DNA of 42,601 nt from a virus (lineage: Duplodnaviria > Caudoviricetes): the IMG/VR virus record IMGVR_UViG_3300038393_001228, positions 1 through 42,601 of that record; one strand, 5' to 3'. Both the position numbers and the translations under genes were made by a program. The notes under the pieces are model-generated. The model had not been told where the DNA came from, made no database searches, and was given only the letters and a program-made list of their open reading frames with translations. This document shows, piece by piece, positions 18,022 to 26,970 of the stretch (within the stretch, counting starts at the first letter, position 1; every line of letters starts with the position of its first letter).

Positions 18022-19646
18022 TAAGCGTTCACCAGCGAAAAGTTCGGGTCATCCCATGGCGAGACGGGGACTAGCTCCTGCATCATCGCCTCAACCCCTT
18101 CCGCCATTGCCAAGGCAACGAGACCGTCGATGCGGCCCGGCGCTTTCGCTTTGTCCAATTTCCTGTTTCCGGCCGGATCGCTCACCGCGACCGCGTTAGC
18201 CGCGCACATCGCCAGAACCGGATGCCCGCCGTGGCGGACGCATTCCTTGAGCAAGTCAGCCTCAAGCGCATCAAGCGCTGGCGACATGCTCATGTAACCT
18301 TGCCCAAACGCCTCCAGCGGAAGGTCTACACCTTGCCGCGCTAGAGCGGATTGCATCCGATCCATCCGCCAGCGGTCGAAGCCTATTTTGGCGATGCTCA
18401 AGCCCGAACAAATCTCGCCGATGTCGCGAGCAACGAAGTCATAGTCGATGACCTTACCGGGTGTCGTGCGAAGCAGGCCGTCCCTGACCCAGACATCGTA
18501 AGGCGCTTTGTCGCGGCGGGTTGCTTCGGCAACGCTATCGAGCGGCATCCAGAAGAATGGTCTAACGTGAACCATGCCGTCTTTGCGACATGTGAGAACA
18601 AGCGCTGTAAGGTCGGTCGTTGCCGAGAGGTCGAGACCACCATAGACAACCCCGTCCAGCTCCTCGGCTGGCCCGTTGCCCGCCTTCCATACGGAGGCCG
18701 AGACGAACGCCGCCGCCATGTTGACGCGCTGGTTGAGGTAGAGGACGCGAAAGGCGTTCTCCGCACTCGGCATTCGCTTAGCCTTCTCGGCCTTATCTGC
18801 AATGTCTGCCTTCGAGCGGAACAGCCCCATCGCTGGGTTCGCCGCAGCCCACGCCGCCTCGTCGTCGAGCTCGCATTCAACTGGCGCGGTGTAGAGGTGG
18901 CAGACAATCGAAGGGTCGCCAGCGCGCTGGGCATCGTCGATCATTATGCTTAGCAGGTCGGCATCCGTTGGCGCCTGCGTCGAAATAACAATAAGCAGCG
19001 GCTCTTTGTAAGCGCCCTGCGAAGTCACAATCGCGTCGATGAACGGATCTGACGGGCCTTTGACCTGCCCGACTTCATCCAAGATCGCCACGATCGGCGA
19101 GCCACCGTGAGCCGTTGCGCCCTCTGCGGCCAGCGCCTCGTATTCCACATTCATCGGAAGCCCGATCAGCTTCTTTGAGCTGGGCACCGGCTTGACGATT
19201 GGCCTCAGCGTGTCGCTCAGTGCGACGCACTTAGCCGCGTAGTTGTAAACCTCGCCCGCCTGCTTTCGCGATTGGGCACCGGAGCTGATCCGGCTATTTA
19301 GCTTCGCTTCCGGCCCGACGATGTGAACGATCGCAATGAAGGCAATCGTCGCGGTCTTTGCGTTTTTTCTCGCCTTCGACAAAATCGCCGTTCGGGTGTG
19401 GACCTCGTTGTCATAGACGGAGTAGAAAAAATCCTCCTGAAAGCCCGCCAGCTTGACCCGCTGGCCGACCAGGTCGCCCTCGGGAACGCGGCAGTGGACT
19501 TCCACGAACCGCATGTTCTTTTCGGCCCGCGTCAACTCCGCCGTTGGCAGCGATCGCCATTCGCGGCGCTTCGGGATTGGCCCCGAAATGAACGGGCTAA
19601 TGGGCGGTTGGGCGGGCAATGAGGTCGTCGCTTGCGCTAACCCCAT
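18021..19646 (-). CDS. terL: Terminase large subunit
   Basis: ARKNAKT Walker A, ILDEVG Walker B, ISTQA, GLDLS..DLTA and RIDGLVA. Confidence 0.95.
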   Translation of the reverse strand: MGLAQATTSLPAQPPISPFISGPIPKRREWRSLPTAELTRAEKNMRFVEVHCRVPEGDLVGQRVKLAGFQEDFFYSVYDNEVHTRTAILSKARKNAKTATIAFIAIVHIVGPEAKLNSRISSGAQSRKQAGEVYNYAAKCVALSDTLRPIVKPVPSSKKLIGLPMNVEYEALAAEGATAHGGSPIVAILDEVGQVKGPSDPFIDAIVTSQGAYKEPLLIVISTQAPTDADLLSIMIDDAQRAGDPSIVCHLYTAPVECELDDEAAWAAANPAMGLFRSKADIADKAEKAKRMPSAENAFRVLYLNQRVNMAAAFVSASVWKAGNGPAEELDGVVYGGLDLSATTDLTALVLTCRKDGMVHVRPFFWMPLDSVAEATRRDKAPYDVWVRDGLLRTTPGKVIDYDFVARDIGEICSGLSIAKIGFDRWRMDRMQSALARQGVDLPLEAFGQGYMSMSPALDALEADLLKECVRHGGHPVLAMCAANAVAVSDPAGNRKLDKAKAPGRIDGLVALAMAEGVEAMMQELVPVSPWDDPNFSLVNA

Positions 19647-20064
19647 TCTCTAATTCCTTGCCAGTGTCGCGCCGTTGTGCGTCATTCCGAGAGTCACCGC
19701 TTCGCGCGCGGGCGTGAAGGGCGAGGGAGCGGCGCAGGCTCAAAATGTCACCCGTAAGCGACTTGACTGCGCGGGCACGCGGATTCTCAACGCTGGTGCC
19801 GTTCTCTCTTACCGAGATGTAGCCCTCGTTACGAAGGCTCACTTGCTCCCTCGCCAAATCTGCCATCGTTCGAGCCAGCATTGCGGCCAGCTCAAGCTGA
19901 TGGTCGGTCCACTCGGCCCGTGCGAACTCCGCGACGACATTGCGCCAGTGCGGCAGGTCGCATTCGTCGAGAACCATGTGCGCCGGCGGGACAATCTCCC
20001 GGCCAGCAGCCTGGATAATCCTGACCGCCTCGGACGGGCTCGTAATCGGAGACCGCTTGCTCAT
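19597..20064 (-). CDS. terS: Terminase small subunit
   Basis: P27-like PPAH...W...ENP motif, directly upstream of terL. Confidence 0.8.
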   Translation of the reverse strand: MSKRSPITSPSEAVRIIQAAGREIVPPAHMVLDECDLPHWRNVVAEFARAEWTDHQLELAAMLARTMADLAREQVSLRNEGYISVRENGTSVENPRARAVKSLTGDILSLRRSLALHARARSGDSRNDAQRRDTGKELENGVSASDDLIARPTAH

Positions 20065-20160
20065 GGCTCACCTGACGAAATCGGGTTTAGATGTTTTTTT
20101 CGACTACGCGCCGCTCTAGAAATCAGCGACGTTTAGAGATTTGACCCGCCCCTCCCCGGT
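20065..20160 (-). other. Probable cos/packaging region
   Basis: Stretch upstream of terS with a GGGGAGGGGCGGGTC tract, the position typical of HK97-like cos phages. Exact cut site not determined. Confidence 0.35.
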
Positions 20161-20388
20161 GCGTTCCGCAGGACGTATCGCCCATTGTAACCATCCTGAG
20201 AGATGCCGCCGATCGCGAGGCCGTCGTTATTGAAGTGCCACGTCCCGCCGCCAATGGTGTCAGCCCACATGTTACGTGGTATCTTGACTGGCGTAGTGCT
20301 GGCCGTGCGCGCGTATTCGCGGTCTATAGCAACTTGAATGATGCGGCCTTGGCCCACCGCTTCGAGGGGCAGCGCCCAATCAATCATG
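20133..20388 (-). CDS. Hypothetical protein
   Basis: ORF MIDWALPLEAV... between the HNH gene and terS. Confidence 0.4.
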
Positions 20389-20472
20389 AGCGCTTCGCAC
20401 TCTTCGGCTGGGCGTGACCATGGATGCATTGATCCTTGTCGTGCATCTCTGCCTTGCAGACCTTGCAGCGCT

Positions 20473-20760
20473 CTAGCTTATCGGCCATCCATCCACTCCG
20501 ATCCTTGGCTTGGCTTGTCCGCCTCGCTCTATTCGTTGCTTGTCGCTGTTATGGTGTGTCGAGCATAGCGACTGGAATGGGCCGGCCCAGAACTTAGCCT
20601 CGTCACCCTTATGCGGTTCGATGTGATCGCACACCGTTGCCTGGGTCACTCGCCCTTCACCCTTGCACATGCGGCATAGGGGCTCGATGCTTAGCTGATA
20701 CGCCCTTAGCTTCTGCCAGCGCGCGGTCTTGTATAGCCTTACGTATTCGTGCGCCTTCAT
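20473..20760 (-). CDS. Packaging-associated HNH endonuclease (HK97 gp74-like)
   Basis: YKTARWQKLR...EPLCRMC...VCDHIEPHKGD...FQSLCSTHHNSDKQ...GVDGWP. Confidence 0.9.
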   Translation of the reverse strand: MKAHEYVRLYKTARWQKLRAYQLSIEPLCRMCKGEGRVTQATVCDHIEPHKGDEAKFWAGPFQSLCSTHHNSDKQRIERGGQAKPRIGVDGWPIS

Positions 20761-21119
20761 CCGCCCGCTAGATTCCAGCCCCAAAGGCTATCCGGATCTA
20801 CGCTCAGCAGAATAACCGATGCTGTTCCGTCAATGCCCGACAGGCTGACTTGCGTGTCCAATATTCCATCGCCATTGAAGTCGCCCGCATGAACCGACAA
20901 ATGGGCGCCCGAGAACGTGTCGAACTCCAGGCCATCGTGAAGCTGGCCGAAGTAGAGAATATCCGAGTAGCTGTGATTCACGTCGAACATGACGCGATCG
21001 TTGGCGGGATTGAATCCGCTGATCGTCCTTAGCCCGTCGCCGTGCAGGATGAACGTGTCCGCCGCGTCAGTGCCCGAAAGATCGGAGCTGACCGCAGCCG
21101 CCTTAGCCTTGCGTGCCAT
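20757..21119 (-). CDS. Hypothetical protein with Ca-binding-like motif
   Basis: GTDAADTFIL, TISGFNPANDR and GDFNGDGILD resemble RTX C-terminal/FG-GAP motifs. Confidence 0.5.
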   Translation of the reverse strand: MARKAKAAAVSSDLSGTDAADTFILHGDGLRTISGFNPANDRVMFDVNHSYSDILYFGQLHDGLEFDTFSGAHLSVHAGDFNGDGILDTQVSLSGIDGTASVILLSVDPDSLWGWNLAGG

Positions 21120-21276
21120 GATACCTCGCAAAATGTTTTCGCTAACGCATCACAGGCTGTCGCCAGCTCACTCTCGTCCACGGGTCAGCCACCAGCAGAT
21201 TAGCGTTTCGCCGGTCGTGACAAGGATCGCGACAGTTAGTGCAGTCGCGACGAACTCGGCGCCCTTTAGTGCGATC

Positions 21277-21468
21277 CTACCAGCGGACATGGTCGCGGTC
21301 GTTCGCATAGCGATAGCGTTCGTCGAGGCTGGGCCGCGTCGCCGGGATTGCGGCATCGAACCAGCGATACCAGCAGCGAGTCCTTTGAGCCTCTGACCAT
21401 TCGCTCGGCAGCCAGCCCGTCCAGTTAATCACCCGCCCGCCATCTCGGAGCGGGAGGAACCAGATCAT
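21277..21468 (-). CDS. Hypothetical Trp-rich small protein
   Basis: ATGA-coupled to the upstream ORF. Confidence 0.4.
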   Translation of the reverse strand: MIWFLPLRDGGRVINWTGWLPSEWSEAQRTRCWYRWFDAAIPATRPSLDERYRYANDRDHVRW

Positions 21469-21773
21469 TTTCGCATCAGCGCCCGGAACACCTTGGTCAA
21501 TTCGTCCAGGTCTTTCTGGGCGATCGGCTCACCGTCATACTTAACGCCGCCGAACCTCTGGATCGACGTGTGGTAAATCACGGCTGCCAGTTGTCGTTGC
21601 TCTCCAGCGGTTCCGCTGTGCTTTGCCGCAGCCAGATAGGCCAGTGATCCGCCAATACCCGCGAGCTCGTCCGCGCACCGTCGCAAGGCTTCGGCGAGTT
21701 CGGACGCGATTTCGGGCACCGGATCATCCTTCGCGACGATCGCATGTTTGCGGGCTGTTGAACGCGGAGGCAC
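21465..21773 (-). CDS. Hypothetical protein (first late-operon gene)
   Basis: GAGGAGG RBS before the GTG start. Confidence 0.6.
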   Translation of the reverse strand: MPPRSTARKHAIVAKDDPVPEIASELAEALRRCADELAGIGGSLAYLAAAKHSGTAGEQRQLAAVIYHTSIQRFGGVKYDGEPIAQKDLDELTKVFRALMRK

Positions 21774-21903
21774 GTTACCTCCTCAGATAAATCCGCCGGC
21801 GCAGTCTCGCCTCAACGTGCGACACAGCGCTTCCAATCGGTGTTTTGGGGACTGGCCGGCGGGCAGCGCCTATGTTGCTCGGTTTCCAGCGCTGAGATGA
21901 TAC

Positions 21904-21936
21904 AAAAAGGGCGGGGAGGCCTGAGCCTCACCCGCC
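21904..21936 (-). terminator. tR'-like terminator in the late leader
   Basis: GGCGGGTGAGGC-TCAG-GCCTCCCCGCC followed by CTTTTT. Confidence 0.7.
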
Positions 21937-22019
21937 GGGAGCGTCCTACTGTCCGGTTGGGCAATTATATACTTGACTTAGCAGGCGAGTGAGGGCACAA
22001 GTGGCTTCAAGAGGAAGCC

Positions 22020-22931
22020 ATGAACATCAACATCACCGACCCGATCTTCCACGACGAAGCAAAAGCCGTAGAGCATATCGCCGACTCCAGGTGGCCGGAC
22101 GGCGTTGACTGTCCGCATTGTGGCAGCGGCCGCGTCATCATGATGGGCGGCAAGACACAGGCCGGTTACTGGCTTTGCAACGACTGCCGCGACAAGTTCA
22201 CCGTTCGCACCGGAACGGTGATGGAGCGCAGCCACGTTCCCCTGCATAAATGGCTCCTCGCAACGCACCTCATGGCGGCGTCAAAGAAGGGCATGAGCGC
22301 GAAGCAGATCGAGCGCATGCTTGGCGTGACCTACAAAACCGCTTGGTTCCTCATGCACCGCATCCGTGAGGCGATGGACGAAGCGAACGGCACCGGCCCG
22401 CTCGGCGGCCCCGGCAAGGTCGTTGAGAGCGATGAAGCCTTCATCGGCGGCAAGCGCAATCGTCGCCTTGGCGGCAAAACCGCTCCGAAGAAAAAGGTTG
22501 TCTCCCTGATCGAGCGCGACGGTCGCGCCCGCTCATTCCACGTTGCCAATATCCACGCGAACAACGTCCGCGCTGCGCTGGTCACGAACATCGATCGCCG
22601 CTCGACCCTCATGACGGACGATGCCCGCTTCTATTGGGATATCGGCAAAGAGTTCGCGAAGCATGGCCGCGTTCTCCACGCTGGCCGTGAGTTCAGCCGT
22701 GGCGACGGCCACCATGCCAACACCGCCGAGAACTTCTTTTCCATCCTCAAGCGTGGCGTGATCGGCACCTACCACCATTGGTCGGCCGCCCACATTCACC
22801 GCTATCTCGCCGAGTTCGATCTGCGCTACTCGACCAAGGACAAGAGCGACGGCGAGCGCGCCGCAACCATCCTCAAGGGGATGGAAGGCCGCCGCCTTAC
22901 CTATCGGCGGATTGGTCCGCTCGCCGCCTAA
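22020..22931 (+). CDS. IS1595-family (ISXO2-like) DDE transposase
   Basis: N-terminal zinc ribbon CPHC...CNDC, FTVRTGT, YKTAWFLMHRIREAM, VESDE, LMTDD, NTAENFFSILKRG and YLAEFDLRY. Confidence 0.95.
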   Translation: MNINITDPIFHDEAKAVEHIADSRWPDGVDCPHCGSGRVIMMGGKTQAGYWLCNDCRDKFTVRTGTVMERSHVPLHKWLLATHLMAASKKGMSAKQIERMLGVTYKTAWFLMHRIREAMDEANGTGPLGGPGKVVESDEAFIGGKRNRRLGGKTAPKKKVVSLIERDGRARSFHVANIHANNVRAALVTNIDRRSTLMTDDARFYWDIGKEFAKHGRVLHAGREFSRGDGHHANTAENFFSILKRGVIGTYHHWSAAHIHRYLAEFDLRYSTKDKSDGERAATILKGMEGRRLTYRRIGPLAA

Positions 22932-23180
22932 TTACTTCCAAGCGCCGCCGCGGATCGGCGAGCGCCGCAAACGCTGGACGAGGTGATATGTTCACGCCTC
23001 GTTCCACGCGGAACATCATGAGAACTGTGATACAATAGAAAGCCCCGAGTCGTTGGTAGCGACCCGGGGCAAACTGGAACCGCCGAGCGGGGCGATCCGA
23101 GCGAAACTGTTGCCAAGAGAGATACGCTCTTGCCGGCAGACGGTCAACCTCCTCGGCCTTGATTAGAAGGCAAACGAACT

Positions 23181-23501
23181 ATGGTTGATACCGTCCGTTG
23201 GACCGGAGTTTCCGGCTATGGCTATGACTACGAAGTGATCCAGTGGGGCACTCCGCTTGCGAACATTCCGGGCAACTACATTCTCTGCGGAGTCACGCCG
23301 GAGAACTACTGGAACCCGCTCTATATCGGCGAAGCCGAGGACTTGGGTAACCGGTGCTGCGGCGCGCACGAGAAATGGCCGGAAGCCACGCGCCTCGGAG
23401 CTATCCACATTCATGCCCACCGGCATGACAATAAGCAGTCCAGACTGGCCGAGGAAACCGACCTCCGGAAGGCGTTTACGACGCCCCTGAACGACCAGTA
23501 A
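23181..23501 (+). CDS. Small GIY-YIG-like nuclease (IS passenger)
   Basis: PGNYIL...PLYIGEAEDLGNR...H...E matches the GIY-YIG core layout. Confidence 0.6.
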   Translation: MVDTVRWTGVSGYGYDYEVIQWGTPLANIPGNYILCGVTPENYWNPLYIGEAEDLGNRCCGAHEKWPEATRLGAIHIHAHRHDNKQSRLAEETDLRKAFTTPLNDQ

Positions 23502-23606
23502 CGGCTGGCAAAGGCTCCGGCGCGGGGATGATCTCTCCGCGTCGGACCATGCCGTCATGGAAGGCTAACAGGCGATGGGTGACCAGCGCGTTGATCTCGT
23601 CCTCCG

Positions 23607-23738
23607 TCATCGTTTGGCCTTCCTCTTCCCCAGCGGCTCATGGGGCTTGTGGGGCGTGCTCAGCATGCGCTTCAATGCCGCCTCGCGCCGCTTCACCGTC
23701 TCCTCTTCGGAGTAGGTTTCGTCCTTGGAGTCAGTCAT
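23607..23738 (-). CDS. Small basic protein inside the IS
   Basis: MTDSKDETYSEEETVKRREAALKRMLSTPHKPH. Its start shares a CATG with the divergent ORF. Confidence 0.5.
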   Translation of the reverse strand: MTDSKDETYSEEETVKRREAALKRMLSTPHKPHEPLGKRKAKR

Positions 23739-24324
23739 GGCGAACAGTCTCCTAATCCAGTTCGACAAACACCCCCGCCACAGGGATCTGATTGGCCGGA
23801 TGATACTCGCATACGGCGAGCTTGAAATAGGCGTGATGGACCTTGTGGCCGCCACCATGGGCGGGGACACAAAAACCGCCGTGCGCGCCCTCTATCGACT
23901 ACGGAGCGAGAGCAACCGCCTTGAGGTGGCGGACGCGCTGGTGACGCCCAAGCTGGCCGAACACAAACTGGATGGGGCCTGGAACGAAGCCTACGCGGCC
24001 ATGAAAGACTGCAAGACCATCCGGAACAACTACGCACACGGGCAATGGGTCAACGACAAGGGCCAGCTCCGCTTCGGCGATCTCGACAAGGCGGCCCTAA
24101 CGAAGGGGCCGAAGTGCGAGATCAAGTTGCGGCCGATCACAATGGGCGTGCTCAAGGAGCAGATGGCTTACTTCGAATATGCCGAGCATCAGATCATGTG
24201 GATTGGCGACCAATACCGGCTTGCAACTGACCAACAGAGGCGAGTCGTAAAGAAGGTGCCAAAGCCGAAAAAAGTACCCCCACCGAGACACGATAGTCGT
24301 GGAGAGGAATGCTCTCCCCGATAG
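23737..24324 (+). CDS. HEPN-like protein (IS passenger)
   Basis: Helical protein with an N-terminal GELE segment and the RNNYAH (RxxxxH) motif. Confidence 0.5.
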   Translation: MANSLLIQFDKHPRHRDLIGRMILAYGELEIGVMDLVAATMGGDTKTAVRALYRLRSESNRLEVADALVTPKLAEHKLDGAWNEAYAAMKDCKTIRNNYAHGQWVNDKGQLRFGDLDKAALTKGPKCEIKLRPITMGVLKEQMAYFEYAEHQIMWIGDQYRLATDQQRRVVKKVPKPKKVPPPRHDSRGEECSPR

Positions 24325-24488
24325 AGTTGCCGAGGTAAGAAGCAGCCTCAAGCAGAGCCTCATCCATAACCTCTTGGGTTAACTGGCTTTCTTCCCGACT
24401 CACGCGCGCGCGATTCCCGCTAAGTTAAAGATATAATTGCCTCCTACTGTCCGGTTGTGCCGGCTTCAGACGCAATTCCTATGCTCAA

Positions 24489-24517
24489 ATTTTAACAAAC
24501 GGTCGCATGGAAGTCAA
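24489..24517 (-). promoter_or_regulatory. Late promoter (pR'-like)
   Basis: TTGACT-17 bp-TAAAAT pointing into the late operon. Confidence 0.75.
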
Positions 24518-24565
24518 GAACAAAATGCGTCCGCAACGAGAATATTGCGGAACGCGCGAAGTGTG

Positions 24566-24790
24566 CTACTTGTTCCCCGGATCTTTCTCAAGGTCGCGCA
24601 CTAGCGCCATCGTCAAAATGCGCTCTGCCGCTGCATTATCCGGCCGTGACAGGTTCATCCTGACCCGCCATACTGCCTGCTTCGCGTTGTCGCGTAGAAC
24701 GAACAGGCGGGAGCGCAGGGCGCGCTCATTGGCGGCTGCAGCAGCCATCGACCGCTCGTGCGTGGAACGAAGCATTAGCGGCCATCTCAC
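24566..24790 (-). CDS. Hypothetical protein
   Basis: GTGA-coupled to the upstream ORF. Confidence 0.5.
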   Translation of the reverse strand: MRWPLMLRSTHERSMAAAAANERALRSRLFVLRDNAKQAVWRVRMNLSRPDNAAAERILTMALVRDLEKDPGNK

Positions 24791-25440
24791 GCCGCCCTCC
24801 GCTCAAATCTCGCCGGCAGGCCGCCATCGACCAGGATCAGCAACCCGCGAATGACCGCTGCCAGCAAGTCGTGGTCGTGGGCGTCCGGAAAACGACAGGG
24901 CTGCATCCACGCCGGAATCATCTTCTTTCGCTCCAGCAGGGCGTAGGCGATGTGCGACATGACCCACGGCGCGTCGTCCCTGCCATCTGGCCTCGATCCC
25001 ACGACAGGATCGATCAGGAGGCTCAGCAGGGCAGATCGCTCAAGCCCGCGCAAATCCATGTCCGTTCGGTCGAACCGTTCGTCCCGCGACGTGTAGCGCG
25101 GTTCGGATCGCGATTTGTCCGTGCGTTCATAGGAACCAGTTTTGAACCCTTGGCCCCTCATCAGCGCGCAGTAGTGGTCCCGCCATTGGCGCCCGGCGTC
25201 ACGGAGGTCTTGAGCATCGAATCCATGTCCGTCGAGAAGGCCAAGCGCATGAAGCTGACCAATACCGTCGCACACGTCCTGGTCGATCGATCCGCCGCGC
25301 CCTTCCGGGCCTTTCGTTGGCCGGACGAAGGCATAAAGCTCCCTCCTCTGTTGGACTCGTTCGCAAGGTGGAATGTTGGCGAGCAGGCGGTCGTTCTTGT
25401 CCCGTGGGCCGCTCCTGCGCGGTCGTCCTCGCTTAGCCAT
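24787..25440 (-). CDS. Putative late transcriptional regulator (Q position)
   Basis: Basic N-terminus MAKRGRPRRSGPR. Last large early gene before the late promoter. Function inferred from position only. Confidence 0.45.
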   Translation of the reverse strand: MAKRGRPRRSGPRDKNDRLLANIPPCERVQQRRELYAFVRPTKGPEGRGGSIDQDVCDGIGQLHALGLLDGHGFDAQDLRDAGRQWRDHYCALMRGQGFKTGSYERTDKSRSEPRYTSRDERFDRTDMDLRGLERSALLSLLIDPVVGSRPDGRDDAPWVMSHIAYALLERKKMIPAWMQPCRFPDAHDHDLLAAVIRGLLILVDGGLPARFERRAA

Positions 25441-25858
25441 GCACCAATCCTTTCAGTTTACGCCACATGCGCTTCCACAGCCCCTCGGGATTCCGAGGCA
25501 CTTGAAACTCGATCGCTTGAAGCGCCTCGAACGGGTTGGCCTTCACCGGGGCCATCTCGACACGCGCCAACGGGTTGCGGTCTTGCCGATTGCGGTTGCG
25601 GTGAACCTTCGCCTTACGCGGTGCGAGCCGCTTTGCGCCCATGTCCCGCAGCGTCTTGCGGACATCCTGAAGGTGGTTCAGCTCGCCGCGCCAGTCGCTC
25701 GGCGTAAGCGGGTAAATGACAAACCGCTCCGAACCATTGTAGCCAAGCACGAGGCGCTGATGGCGCTTCGTCTTTTCGCGGCGCAGGATGGCTGCTCCGG
25801 GCCATTGCGCGACCTCCGCATCAACGCGGGTTTCTGAGTAGCCGCTAGCCACGGGCAT
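25433..25858 (-). CDS. Hypothetical protein
   Basis: Overlapping-gene chain. Contains a TPSDWRG motif. Confidence 0.55.
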   Translation of the reverse strand: MPVASGYSETRVDAEVAQWPGAAILRREKTKRHQRLVLGYNGSERFVIYPLTPSDWRGELNHLQDVRKTLRDMGAKRLAPRKAKVHRNRNRQDRNPLARVEMAPVKANPFEALQAIEFQVPRNPEGLWKRMWRKLKGLVHG

Positions 25859-25981
25859 TCTCAGTGGGTTTCGCCTGCACGCCCAAAAGCTCGTCGAGCC
25901 ACCGGATTTTAGCGTCCAGCTCCCCGCGCTGCTCGACGTAAGCCATCCTCTTTCCCTCGTAATAGGGGCGCTGTTCTTCGG

Positions 25982-26503
25982 TCATGCGGCCCTCCCGATA
26001 AATTGGGCCGGGGCCTCGCAAGTCTGATCGAACAGATACCAGCAGCAGTTGTCCTTCCCGGTGAAGGGCGAGTCCTCGATCCACTTCACCCGGCCAACCG
26101 AGACGATCTTGTGCAGCCACTTCATGTAGGGCGCGGATTGCTTGGTGTGCATCCAGTCGGCGTCGAACAGGAACCAGGTGGGCCCGACCGCGCTGAACCG
26201 CTCGATCAGCGGGTGGAGGATCGTGCGGTCCCACGGCGGGTTGGTGATCGTGACCGCGAACGGATCGAGTGGGCCGGTCCTGGCATCGGCCATGGAAATC
26301 CCATCGCGAAGCGGCTTGATATCGTAGGCGAGAACGCACTTGTGGCCGTGGCGGCGGAGGTGTTCGATCAATGCCCCACCGCCAGCACACGGCTCGATGA
26401 ACCGCGTTTCCGGGCGAAGGTGCGCGAGCAGCGGAACCACTGCCGGATAGGGCGTCGGGTAGAAGTCGCGCGGGACTCGCCCGAATGACGACCGCTTTCC
26501 CAT
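25982..26503 (-). CDS. Phage DNA amino-methyltransferase (N6A/N4C)
   Basis: DFYPTP, FIEPCAGGG (SAM-binding motif I) and ITNPPW (motif IV). Confidence 0.8.
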   Translation of the reverse strand: MGKRSSFGRVPRDFYPTPYPAVVPLLAHLRPETRFIEPCAGGGALIEHLRRHGHKCVLAYDIKPLRDGISMADARTGPLDPFAVTITNPPWDRTILHPLIERFSAVGPTWFLFDADWMHTKQSAPYMKWLHKIVSVGRVKWIEDSPFTGKDNCCWYLFDQTCEAPAQFIGRAA

Positions 26504-26970
26504 TACCGTCCCGCATCCACGAGCTGCCCGCCGCGCTTTTCAAGAAACCCGACACGCATCCCCATTTGCTTGAGCCATGACGGCATTCGCGAGATTTCAT
26601 CGGGTGACAGAGGTCCGCGATCGACGCGCTCCGGGGGCGGCGGCAGGGGTTTTGAGTTGGCGTAACGAGCGCTTTCCGCTTTCCGCTTCCGCAGCTCGGC
26701 AACGGCGTCGGCGATTGCCGGGATGATCTGCATATGGCGCGTCACCTTGCGGCGAACCTCGTGGCTGACTTCTTGAACCTCCCCCGGCCGAATATCGGTT
26801 AGCGCGTCAACAGCCGATGCTAGCCAGTTGGTTTGCTGATCAGCCGTCATCGAAGATGGGGCAACCAAGGTGAAGATTTTGGCGATTTCAGCCAGCAGAG
26901 CCTCCGCCTCGTATTGCGGCCGCGACCCTAGCGAAGGCGGTTCCTGTCGGATTGGCGTCGGAAGGTTCAT
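26503..26970 (-). CDS. Replication-module protein (P position)
   Basis: Directly follows the initiator gene. Confidence 0.55.
   Translation of the reverse strand: MNLPTPIRQEPPSLGSRPQYEAEALLAEIAKIFTLVAPSSMTADQQTNWLASAVDALTDIRPGEVQEVSHEVRRKVTRHMQIIPAIADAVAELRKRKAESARYANSKPLPPPPERVDRGPLSPDEISRMPSWLKQMGMRVGFLEKRGGQLVDAGR

Larger units (their letters stand above)
21960..24441 (+). mobile_element. IS1595-family transporter IS (2482 bp) with passenger genes
   Basis: 26-bp terminal IRs GGCAATTATATACTTGACTTAGCAGG and GGCAATTATATCTTTAACTTAGCGGG (22/26 identical). Flanked by a 16-bp direct repeat TCCTACTGTCCGGTTG at 21944-21959 and 24442-24457. Confidence 0.92.

Noticed and set aside
21780-21900. Possible tRNA or ncRNA in the late leader
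   Set aside because: There is some pairing potential but no cloverleaf, T-loop or recognisable family motif.
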